From positions 317,854 to 341,853 of the forward strand of contig NZ_LAJB01000002.1 of NCBI RefSeq assembly GCF_000970685.1: 24,000 nucleotides of DNA, read 5' to 3'. This document shows positions 7,631 through 16,600 of the stretch, in pieces (position 1 is the first letter of the stretch; the number at the start of each line of letters is the position of its first letter). The translations under genes and the position numbers were made by a program. The notes below the pieces were generated by a model. It saw nothing but the letters and a program-made list of their open reading frames with translations. It did no database searches and was not told the origin of the DNA. The DNA comes from Domibacillus indicus. GTDB taxonomy: Bacteria > Bacillota > Bacilli > Bacillales > Domibacillaceae.

Positions 7631-8410
7631 TTATAAATCCTCTTTTTCCATTGATTTATCGGCCGGTGCAAACCAGCCGATCAGGGCAATGGCCACCAGT
7701 ACGCCGTAGAAAATTAATGTCCAGACGGTACTGTGCGGAAAATCATGATCCAGGACCCCGATATCCTCATGGGCAAGCGTAATGACCGCAAGCTTGACAC
7801 CGACCCAGGCCACAATGGCATAAGCGGTTGTTTCCAGTGCGGGACGCTGGTCAAGAAGCTTCACGAACCAGGTTGCTGCATACTTGATCAGGATAAGGCC
7901 CGCAATTCCTCCGAGAAGAACCACAAGGAACTTTCCTCCATCCATGCCGCCGAAATTGCCAAGCGGTGAATCTGGAAGACCGAGAGCAAGCGCCACCGCA
8001 GCCAGAATGGAATCAATCGCAAACGCAAGGTCCGCTATACCAATCTTTCCGACTGTCGGCCAGAAGCCCATCCCTTTCGCTTCCTCTTTGACCTCTTCGC
8101 GAATATTCTCGTTTTCTTTCCCGAACCTCGCTTGAATTACATGCTTTAAGCCCAGGTAAAGAAGGTACAGTGCTCCTATCGCCTGGATCTGCCAGACGTT
8201 GGCGATAAATGAAATGGCAAAAAGCGCCCCGAAACGGAAAACAAAGGCCATAAGGATTCCGTAACTTATCGCTTTCTTTTTTTGATCTTCAGGTAAATGC
8301 TTGGCGATAACCGCCAGTACAAGGGCATTGTCGGCCGATAACAGGCCTTCCAATCCAATTAAAATCAGCAATGCCCAGGCATACTCCAGCCAGATTGAAT
8401 CCATCAACAT
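7631..8410 (-). CDS. TerC-family integral membrane protein (YkoY/YceF-like, putative metal exporter)
   Basis: Paired TerC signatures: LEGLLSADNALVLAV and ADLAFAIDSILAAVALA. Multiple TM segments. I prefer ATG 8410 (MLMDSIW) after AGGAAAGGAAAG. The track starts at GTG 8428. Confidence 0.9.
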   Translation of the reverse strand: MLMDSIWLEYAWALLILIGLEGLLSADNALVLAVIAKHLPEDQKKKAISYGILMAFVFRFGALFAISFIANVWQIQAIGALYLLYLGLKHVIQARFGKENENIREEVKEEAKGMGFWPTVGKIGIADLAFAIDSILAAVALALGLPDSPLGNFGGMDGGKFLVVLLGGIAGLILIKYAATWFVKLLDQRPALETTAYAIVAWVGVKLAVITLAHEDIGVLDHDFPHSTVWTLIFYGVLVAIALIGWFAPADKSMEKEDL

Positions 8411-8421
8411 CTTTCCTTTCC

Positions 8422-8467
8422 TAAACACAAAATGGGATGTAATAGTTGCAATACCATACTATTCCCC
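8422..8467 (-). promoter_or_regulatory. Leader hairpin plus U-tract just upstream of the TerC RBS (candidate attenuator)
   Basis: The minus-strand RNA reads GGGGAAUAGU-AUGGUAUUGCA-ACUAUUACAUCCC followed by AUUUUGUGUUU. It ends about 12 nt before the RBS. Confidence 0.35.
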
Positions 8468-8613
8468 TTTATGATACACAGGCAATCTTATTAAATAAAG
8501 TTTTGTTCTTAAAATTTTTTCTATATCTCTTGTTTTTTCTGCCGGCCAACCGTAAAGGCATTGTTCGCCCGGTGAAGCATTTATGTGAAAGGAAAAGCTA
8601 TTTGCGTTTAAAA

Positions 8614-8919
8614 TTAGCCGCCTGCCGCCTTGTTTGTCTTGAATTTAAAATAAAAAGAAAAACACAAAATAACTGTCGCTGTTGCGGATGCTCCGAGTAT
8701 ATATACACCATTCCAATCATTTAAACGCCCAGTTAGTATCCAGGTTTGATAGGGAATAAAAAGAATACAAAAAACAAGCAAGAGCCCCCAGACCATCATA
8801 ATTGCATTTTTCTTTATTTTCTTCGCCGCTGACTCGGGCTTTATCCTTTCAATTGAGATTATTTTTCTTAGGACTGTTAAAGAAGTAAGAACAGCAGCAG
8901 CCAAAAAAATAATATTCAC
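8614..8919 (-). CDS. Membrane protein, 101 aa, function unknown
   Basis: GTG start with AAAGGAG 8 nt upstream. Three hydrophobic segments. Confidence 0.5.
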   Translation of the reverse strand: MNIIFLAAAVLTSLTVLRKIISIERIKPESAAKKIKKNAIMMVWGLLLVFCILFIPYQTWILTGRLNDWNGVYILGASATATVILCFSFYFKFKTNKAAGG

Positions 8920-9096
8920 AGAATTTTCTCCTTTTCTCCCACTGAATTAATTTTTTTACTGAAGTAATATAACCTGCTTCGCTAGTTTAATAGCTTTCAT
9001 ACAAGCATCCGCCTGCTGTTTCAGTTGTCATTTTTTAACCCTTTGGTTTCTTTTTCCGCCATTATTCTCTCCCTTTTGCTATTCCATGCAGTTATA

Positions 9097-9287
9097 CTTC
9101 TCTGTCCCGGCACCAAATTCCTTGTTCCGCATAACGTATAACCTGCCTTCTTTCGGCGCTTTATTCTGCTTTTATGGCCGGTATTTTTCAGTTTTAGGCG
9201 GTTTTTCGCATGTTTTGGCCGGTATTCTTATTTACCGGCCCAGAGAAGCGAAATACCGTCCTTTATTTCATTATTCCGCCCCGGGAG
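9097..9287. repeat. GC-rich dispersed intergenic repeat, copy 1 (carries an internal ~40-nt duplication)
   Basis: Aligns with 17832-18001 in the same orientation. Shared blocks: CCAAAT(T/C)CCTTGTTCCGC, GGCGCTTT.TT.TGCT.TTATGGCCGGTATTT, ATTTACCG.CCC, GAGAAG.GAAAT.CCG and TTCATTATTCCGCCCCGGGAG. It contains the hairpin GGCCGGTA-N8-TACCGGCC (9217-9240). The track ORF 9086-9337 is a translation of this repeat. Confidence 0.7.
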
Positions 9288-9461
9288 AAATTGCTTCAGT
9301 TCGGATGAAATCAGAATCCTTCACAATGAATCTGTAAAAGATCTTGCTCACACAGATAAGTGGAAACTAAAGCGGAAATTCGACCTGCTCAGGGGGTTAA
9401 CTTTATTACCACACTTGATGAATTAATTACAGCGTTATTTCTGAGATATTGCTTTCGCTTT

Positions 9462-9503
9462 AAAATAAAAAAGACCAGCGTTTGAAATGGCTGATCTTTT
9501 TAT
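9462..9503. terminator. Bidirectional-looking terminator, most likely ending the frl operon transcript
   Basis: GACCAGC (9473-9479) and GCTGATC (9490-9496) form a 7-bp stem. On the minus strand the stem is complete with one G-U pair. It is flanked by AAAATAAAAAA and TTTTTAT. Confidence 0.5.
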
Positions 9504-9629
9504 TAGTTTAAGGGTTTACCTGGCACTTTAACCCGGAAAGGACGCAGACTTACTGATTCCCGGTGAAAACCGCGCAGGATAAAAAATTGGTCTGCGCTTT
9601 GCCTGCAGGCTGAGGAACATGTTATGAGT

Positions 9630-10379
9630 CTATTTTGCCCGGTGAACAGTAAGATTTACCTTGTTTGTCTCACACATAAAAGTAGATAGGTGGACAGGCT
9701 CATCGTTCGCATCAAAAGCAATTTTTATAATTTTAAAAAGATTGGATCCAATATCACACTCTAACAATTTTGCATAATGCTTTGTAGCTCCAATTACATC
9801 AATAATTTTATCATTGCTGACTATTTCTGTATGGTAATCTTGCAAAAGAGTTTTATATGTAGATTCACCCCCTGCAATTTTCTTTTCTAAATCTGGAAAG
9901 CGGATGAGCGAATAATGCGCAATATCATAAAAAAGAGGGCGGTCATTGACATACATAAGACGTTCAAGTTCCAGAACGGGGCTTCCTTCTTCGATTAAGA
10001 GATGCTCTGCAACATATTCAGTTGCCGGTATAACCTCACTTCTTAAAATCCGGGAATTAGGGATCATGCCCAACTGATGGCTGAACTCTGAGAATCCGCT
10101 TACAGACAATAGTTCATTATGGAACTTTTTTGATGTCACAAACGTGCCTCTGCGCGGAATACGTGTCAGCGTGCCGTCTTTCACCAGTTCCTCGATGGCT
10201 TTTCGTATGGTAATACGGCTTACGCTGTATGTTTCACAAAGTTCTGCTTCCGTTGGGATCTGTTCATCCGGTTTGTACTTTCCGTGCTGAATATCATTCT
10301 TCAACATTTGCCTTATCTGCATATAAAGTGGCTGGGGAGTTGAAGGGTTTAAGGTCATATCTTGTTTCATCCTTATCAA
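9630..10379 (-). CDS. frlR: GntR/HutC-family regulator with UTRA domain (FrlR-like)
   Basis: N-terminal wHTH reads PLYMQIRQMLKNDIQHGKYKPDEQIPTEAELCETYSVSRITIRKAIEELVKDGTLTRIPRRGTFV, plus a C-terminal UTRA-type domain. It is the last gene of the frl-type cluster. The start is ambiguous (TTG 10379 or ATG 10370). Confidence 0.8.
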   Translation of the reverse strand: MIRMKQDMTLNPSTPQPLYMQIRQMLKNDIQHGKYKPDEQIPTEAELCETYSVSRITIRKAIEELVKDGTLTRIPRRGTFVTSKKFHNELLSVSGFSEFSHQLGMIPNSRILRSEVIPATEYVAEHLLIEEGSPVLELERLMYVNDRPLFYDIAHYSLIRFPDLEKKIAGGESTYKTLLQDYHTEIVSNDKIIDVIGATKHYAKLLECDIGSNLFKIIKIAFDANDEPVHLSTFMCETNKVNLTVHRAK

Positions 10380-10382
10380 TTA

Positions 10383-10406
10383 ATAGATTATGTAGTATCT
10401 ATTATA
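10383..10406 (-). promoter_or_regulatory. Candidate internal promoter -10 (TATAAT) with an adjacent inverted repeat, upstream of frlR
   Basis: The minus strand reads TGTATAAT (the -10 is the reverse complement of 10401-10406). It runs into ATAGAT-N8-ATCTAT (10383-10402). This lies in the 46-nt gap between frlD and frlR. Confidence 0.3.
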
Positions 10407-10425
10407 CATAAATGGCCACCCCCAG

Positions 10426-11208
10426 TCACCAGGCACCAAAATATCTAATTGTCTTCGCAGCTGTTTCTGTACCCAGCTCTAAGCATTTACTGACAGGGAG
10501 CCCGTCCAATATTCCATAAATAAATCCGGAAATAAAGGAATCTCCCGCTCCCATTGTATCAACTACATTCTTTTCAACTACGCCGCATTGATAAAATTGT
10601 TCACCATCGTAGGCAAGTGCGCCGTTTTCCCCCAAAGTCGCCACCACAATTTTAGAACCGAGATTTTTTACTTTTTTTAAAAACAGGCGAATAAAGTCAT
10701 CGTCCTTTGTATACGAGAAAAAAGAGTAATCCACAAACCTGGGTAAAGTATTTACCAGACTATGATTTAATTTATCTGAAAAATCAAAAGAAGTGGCCAA
10801 TCCCCTTTTTTTAAAAGATGAATAATAGCTTGCAGCATGACCCCAGATTCCCGCATGGACGAGTTGATGCGTCCCAATAAAGCTAAGCTCTTCCTGTGTT
10901 AAAGAGAAATCAGCCATTACGCCTTCATTGTATTCTCCAAAAGCCCTGTCGTTTTCCACCAATTCAACAAAGGTAACGGCTGTTTTTCCCTCTTTACGAG
11001 AAAGGCAAGTGATATCCACCCCCTTATCCTGGATGGCTTTGATCATTTTATCACCATATGAATCGGTGCCCACCCACCCAATATAAGCAGAATCGGCACC
11101 CAATTCCTTTAAATAGACAGCTACATTAACCGGATTCCCCCCCGGGTAAGCTTTCCCGCTTGCCTTATAGACATCCATGCAGTTATCTCCAACTGTTGCA
11201 ATTTTCAT
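10426..11208 (-). CDS. frlD: PfkB-family kinase, fructoselysine 6-kinase-like
   Basis: From Met17 (ATG 11208, RBS GGAGGGAGGGG) the protein reads MKIATVGDNCMDVY..GGNPVNVAVYL..DRAFGEYNEGVMADF..HAGIWGH..DFSDK..TLGENG..DTMGAGDSFISGF..TIRYFGAW. This is colinear with my memory of E. coli FrlD (..IGDNCVDIY..GGNAVNVAVY..DTMGAGDSFIAGF..YHGAW). Confidence 0.85.
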   Translation of the reverse strand: MKIATVGDNCMDVYKASGKAYPGGNPVNVAVYLKELGADSAYIGWVGTDSYGDKMIKAIQDKGVDITCLSRKEGKTAVTFVELVENDRAFGEYNEGVMADFSLTQEELSFIGTHQLVHAGIWGHAASYYSSFKKRGLATSFDFSDKLNHSLVNTLPRFVDYSFFSYTKDDDFIRLFLKKVKNLGSKIVVATLGENGALAYDGEQFYQCGVVEKNVVDTMGAGDSFISGFIYGILDGLPVSKCLELGTETAAKTIRYFGAW

Positions 11209-11286
11209 CCTTTCCCCTCCCTCTATAAATGCCCGTGCATTGAAAGAAATGAGCACTAGGGTATAGTGCTCATCGCGTCGAAATTC

Positions 11287-12300
11287 TTAATATTCCATTT
11301 GCCGGTAGTATCTTCTAAGATCCAGTGAATGATTTCTTTCACGTTCCAAGTGCACGCTAATCCGGCTTAAAACAGACCAGTTGATACTAACTGCAAAATG
11401 CTTTCTAAATTCTTCACTGATGCCTGGCATGTCAAAGTCTTTCGTGTCAATAACTGTCAGTTCTTTTGTAACCTTCTCCGCGAATCTTTCAACGCGGTCC
11501 ATCAGCGGCCGTGTTTCGTCTTCACCTTTCAGCAGAATAACGCTTGTATCTTCTACAACAAGTTCAAGTGTGCCATGGAAAAACTCAGCTGCATGAATCG
11601 ATTTGGCATGTATCCACTGCATTTCCTCTAAGATACACATTGCATAGGAATAAGTGTTTCCCCACAGGTTACCGGAGCCGACCATCATATGGTAGTCTGT
11701 CTCCTTGTGCTTAACAGCGAATTCTTCTGCTTTTTTATCAAACGCTTTCACTGCATCTAAAATTGCCCTTGGAAGCAGAGCGACCTCCTCTGTGAATTGC
11801 TTATATTGAGGAAACTCATTGTTATTGTACATAAAACGGAAAACGATCATGTACAGAAGCATAAAGAAAGTATCAAAAGAATGTTTCTCAGACCCTGTCG
11901 TGATACAGTAGTCGACAGCTTGCGTTAGAGGCGTGTTTGGCTCAGCTACTAAAGCAATAGTAGTAGCTCCTCTCTCTTTACAGTATTCAGCAGCTGCAAC
12001 GGTTTCTTTTGTTGTGCCTGACACAGAGGTAAAAATGCAGACAGAGTCTTTGCTGAAATGCTTATTGTTCATTACCATAAATTCAGCCGCAATTTCAGCA
12101 TGGACATCGATAGTAGAGTTTGATTTTAAAATGTATTCATATGGATACATCATGGCGATCGTGCCGCCCGCACCGATAAGAAAAATATTACTGTATCCTC
12201 TTTGTGAGATCCCATCCACAATATTTTCAATTTGCTCTCTAAAACCAAGGCCCTCTTTCTCTACAAGATTAAGAAATAATTCTTCATCAAATTTAAGCAT
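11287..12300 (-). CDS. frlB: SIS-domain protein, fructoselysine-6-phosphate deglycase-like
   Basis: 337 aa with tandem SIS modules: FLIGAGGT, TSVSGTTKET and AAEFFHGTLE. The C-terminus ..RRYYRQMEY resembles the E. coli FrlB end (..RRYYGGLVEY, from memory). RBS AGAGGAGGAAG. Confidence 0.85.
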   Translation of the reverse strand: MLKFDEELFLNLVEKEGLGFREQIENIVDGISQRGYSNIFLIGAGGTIAMMYPYEYILKSNSTIDVHAEIAAEFMVMNNKHFSKDSVCIFTSVSGTTKETVAAAEYCKERGATTIALVAEPNTPLTQAVDYCITTGSEKHSFDTFFMLLYMIVFRFMYNNNEFPQYKQFTEEVALLPRAILDAVKAFDKKAEEFAVKHKETDYHMMVGSGNLWGNTYSYAMCILEEMQWIHAKSIHAAEFFHGTLELVVEDTSVILLKGEDETRPLMDRVERFAEKVTKELTVIDTKDFDMPGISEEFRKHFAVSINWSVLSRISVHLERERNHSLDLRRYYRQMEY

Positions 12301-12368
12301 AAAATTCTTCCTCCTCTAATCGAATCCATATAAGTTGCAGTACAACCTCAAAAATAATTTGTTATGTT

Positions 12369-12391
12369 TTGTATTATAATAAATTATACAA
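12369..12391 (-). promoter_or_regulatory. Internal promoter/operator candidate between frlA and frlB
   Basis: The minus strand reads TTGTATAATTTATTATAATACAA. It is an imperfect palindrome (8 of 11 arm positions pair; the outer arms are TTGTAT/ATACAA). It holds two TATAAT boxes (reverse complements of 12383-12388 and 12373-12378). It sits in a 146-nt AT-rich gap. Confidence 0.35.
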
Positions 12392-12446
12392 TTATTTTAA
12401 ACGAAAACACAAGGAAGCTAACGAGAACAACATAACTTTCTCTGCC

Positions 12447-14658
<2,212 letters not shown>

Positions 14659-14677
14659 TTTCCCAACTCCTTCAGCG

Positions 14678-14691
14678 TGAAAACGCTTTTA
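14678..14691. promoter_or_regulatory. Near-consensus cre-like palindrome in the frlC 5' UTR
   Basis: TGAAAACGCTTTTA has one mismatch to TGWAANCGNTNWCA. It lies between the predicted -10 box and the frlC RBS. Confidence 0.35.
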
Positions 14692-14706
14692 TTTGTTATA
14701 TCTTGT

Positions 14707-14735
14707 ATTGTAACCAATAAATATAAAAGTTTCAA
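14707..14735 (-). promoter_or_regulatory. Sigma-A-type promoter of the frl operon
   Basis: The minus strand reads TTGAAA (reverse complement of 14730-14735), a 17-nt spacer, then TACAAT (reverse complement of 14707-14712). It lies about 50 nt upstream of the frlC start. Confidence 0.5.
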
Positions 14736-14815
14736 CGGTAAGTTTAAATTTTTTCGTTACAATTAATACACCTAAGAAATTTCCTATAGATTTATCCTTG
14801 ATCTTTATGTAAATC

Positions 14816-15179
14816 TTCTACCGCCCTTTGGTTGGCGGACTGCTTGCGGAGCGTACATTATGCGGAATCAAAACCGTGTTATCAACGCTCTGTACATCGT
14901 TTATACAAAGTCAGAATCATGCAAAGCTGATTCACCGGCACGTGTGAGAGGACTATTTGGAAGAAGCGAACCACCTGTGCCATACAGAACAGAATAAAAA
15001 AGACTATGCAAAGCGTATAAAAAAACGATTGAACCAGGATTGAACCAGCCTTTGCAGAATTCAAAAGAAAAGCATGGCATGCGTTGGACAACCCTGAAGA
15101 GACTGGGAAATTACCCACCCAGGCAATGCTTACTTTCACTGCCATAAATCTTAAAAAGCCGGCCTTCTTAAGTACATAA
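14816..15179 (+). pseudogene. Decayed 3' fragment of an IS1182/IS5-type DDE transposase gene
   Basis: The + strand reading gives ..LCTSFIQSQNHAKLIHRHV*EDYLEEANHLCHTEQNKKDYAKRIKKTIEP..KEKHGMRWTTLKRLG(frameshift)KLPTQAMLTFTAINLKKPAFLST*. This parallels the family C-terminus RHVWEDY..Y.KRK.TIE..FA..KE.HG.R...RGL.KV..Q..LT..A.N.KK.A (from memory). Lesions: TGA at 14945-14947 where Trp is expected; an 11-bp tandem duplication TTGAACCAGGA/TTGAACCAGCC at 15029-15050; and 1-nt indels in A-runs. A long hairpin GATAAAGCGG...CCACTTTATC (15184-15225) followed by CTACAGTCTGAGC may mark the element end. Confidence 0.6.
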
Positions 15180-15282
15180 AAAAGATAAAGCGGCCCCAAA
15201 TCAAAGATTTGAGAACCACTTTATCTACAGTCTGAGCATTACCTTATTTCAATAATACCCCCACATCTTTTTTTTCATTTTA

Positions 15283-15486
15283 TCAGCCAAAAAACAGATC
15301 CAGTATATTTGCCCCTCTGGAAGAGTCCTTATTATAAAATTCCGAGTAGCCGCAGCTCTTGCAATAAACCACTATAAACTTATTATGCTGAACATCAAGC
15401 ATTTTTGATAATCCCGTGCCTGTCATGGCCACTTCTTTAGTCCCCGCCTCTTTGCTTCCGCATTTTATACAGCTTTTTTCAGACAT
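15283..15486 (-). CDS. Zn-ribbon protein (DUF2082/COG3478-like)
   Basis: 67 aa with two CxxC pairs (CIKCGS ... CKSCGY). RBS GGAGAGGAG. Confidence 0.7.
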   Translation of the reverse strand: MSEKSCIKCGSKEAGTKEVAMTGTGLSKMLDVQHNKFIVVYCKSCGYSEFYNKDSSRGANILDLFFG

Positions 15487-15740
15487 GCTTTGTTCTCCTC
15501 TCCAAAAACTGGATTTCCTGCGTTTTTATACGCAGGCGGCTTGAAAAAGTTTCAAGCGGAATTTCTAAAAAGATGCGGCATGGCCACGTTATTGCGCTTT
15601 TTACTGCGAACGATTGGCAGCTGATTCACATCTTTTTTCAGCATTTTTTTTATGAATGAATAAAATTTTATTTTAGGGGTCATACTGGTTAGCAGTGAGG
15701 CGGTCTCATCCTCACAAGTTTATATTTCCATTACCCGATT

Positions 15741-15771
15741 GCAGCCAGAGCCCCCTCTGGCTGCCTTTTTT
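15741..15771 (+). terminator. Strong orphan intrinsic terminator on the + strand
   Basis: GCAGCCAGAG (15741-15750) and CTCTGGCTGC (15755-15764) form a 10-bp GC-rich stem with a CCCC loop, followed by C and then TTTTTT (15766-15771). There is no + strand CDS upstream. It is preceded by the hairpin GTGAGG-N9-CCTCAC (15695-15715). Confidence 0.7.
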
Positions 15772-15808
15772 AGTAACCCCCATCCCGTTCGCCGTACTTA
15801 AAACTACA

Positions 15809-15845
15809 TTGCCACCCATCCATTATTGTATTATAAAATATACAA
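15809..15845 (+). promoter_or_regulatory. Sigma-A-like promoter with an overlapping palindrome
   Basis: TTGCCA (15809-15814), a 17-nt spacer, then TATAAA (15832-15837). The inverted repeat TTGTAT-N8-ATACAA (15826-15845) covers the -10 box. It lies about 200 nt upstream of the 16048 start. Confidence 0.4.
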
Positions 15846-16047
15846 GTGTTACTTAATTTGGGCAGAAGAAGCATTAGAGTAAAACGGGCGCTCTGCTATT
15901 TCTATGGTCTGCTTCGGGACAAGCTGTCGAGCAGCAGTGTCTTATTTAGAAATGGCATCTTTCAATCCCGGCCTTTGCTTTAAGAGTGCAGCGCCGTTAA
16001 ACTCAAACTATGGGAATGCAGCGACTAAAAAAAGATGGAGGCCTATT

Positions 16048-16371
16048 ATGGAATTAAAGGATGTAGTCATGAAAACCAGGGAAATTGTTTTCACACCGGG
16101 TATAAACAAGGAAGCAGCCATTGAGGCATTAAACGATGCTGTCGCCGCTTCTAATTTAAAGGGAAAGATAGATGAAAACACCGTAAACAAGTATATAAGA
16201 GCTCTTACATCCCTGCGTATCTCCCCGGTTATAGAGGATGAACTCACCGACCCGGCAATAGAACACCAGACACGAATCGCAAGCATGTACACGCAGGATG
16301 CCAAAGAAATATACGGCGCCGGCTATGATGAGGAAAAAGCATTGGATGAATTGGATGAGATTTTCCGCTGA
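16048..16371 (+). CDS. Acidic hypothetical protein, 107 aa
   Basis: ATG 16048 (MELKDVVMKTREIVF..) lies 6 nt after GGAGG. The track start at 15904 adds a Cys-rich, RBS-less extension that I reject. No family recognised. Confidence 0.6.
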   Translation: MELKDVVMKTREIVFTPGINKEAAIEALNDAVAASNLKGKIDENTVNKYIRALTSLRISPVIEDELTDPAIEHQTRIASMYTQDAKEIYGAGYDEEKALDELDEIFR

Positions 16372-16600
16372 GCAGCCGGAATTTTGCAATGCTGAGCTGA
16401 TCCCGCACCAGCTCAGCTGTGCTTCCGAGTCTTTATCATACAAATACAAATGATGTTCTCTGATGCTATTATATTGGTTTATTTTGATTTTTTTCATTCC
16501 CCGGCTGCGAAGAAAAACGCGTGAAACAGCGTTACATCAGGATAAAATGGATTGATCCTAACCAATTAGGAACAAGTAAAAATTCAAAGGACATACCCTT

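Noticed and set aside
8429-8613. Canonical yybP-ykoY Mn riboswitch
   Set aside because: I expected one from gene context. I could not find the conserved GGGGAGUAG/UUGACAUA pair or the P1 helix. It is reported as an open question instead.
9086-9337. 83-aa + ORF, and the similar ORFs at 17673-18071, 17908-18099 and 17921-18151
   Set aside because: These are translations of the dispersed repeat. Their apparent protein similarity comes from DNA repeat identity across different frames. They have no RBS.
14882-15199. 105-aa minus-strand ORF
   Set aside because: It is antisense to the transposase remnant. It has no RBS, and the + strand carries the recognisable family motifs.
15540-15697. 43-aa very basic minus-strand ORF (MTPKIKFYSFIKKMLKK..) upstream of the Zn-ribbon gene
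   Set aside because: No Shine-Dalgarno site. It overlaps the region better explained by the promoter and hairpins.
15904-16047. 5' extension making the 155-aa version of the 16048 gene
   Set aside because: No Shine-Dalgarno site at 15904, and the N-terminus is Cys-rich and odd. An internal ATG has GGAGG at ideal spacing.
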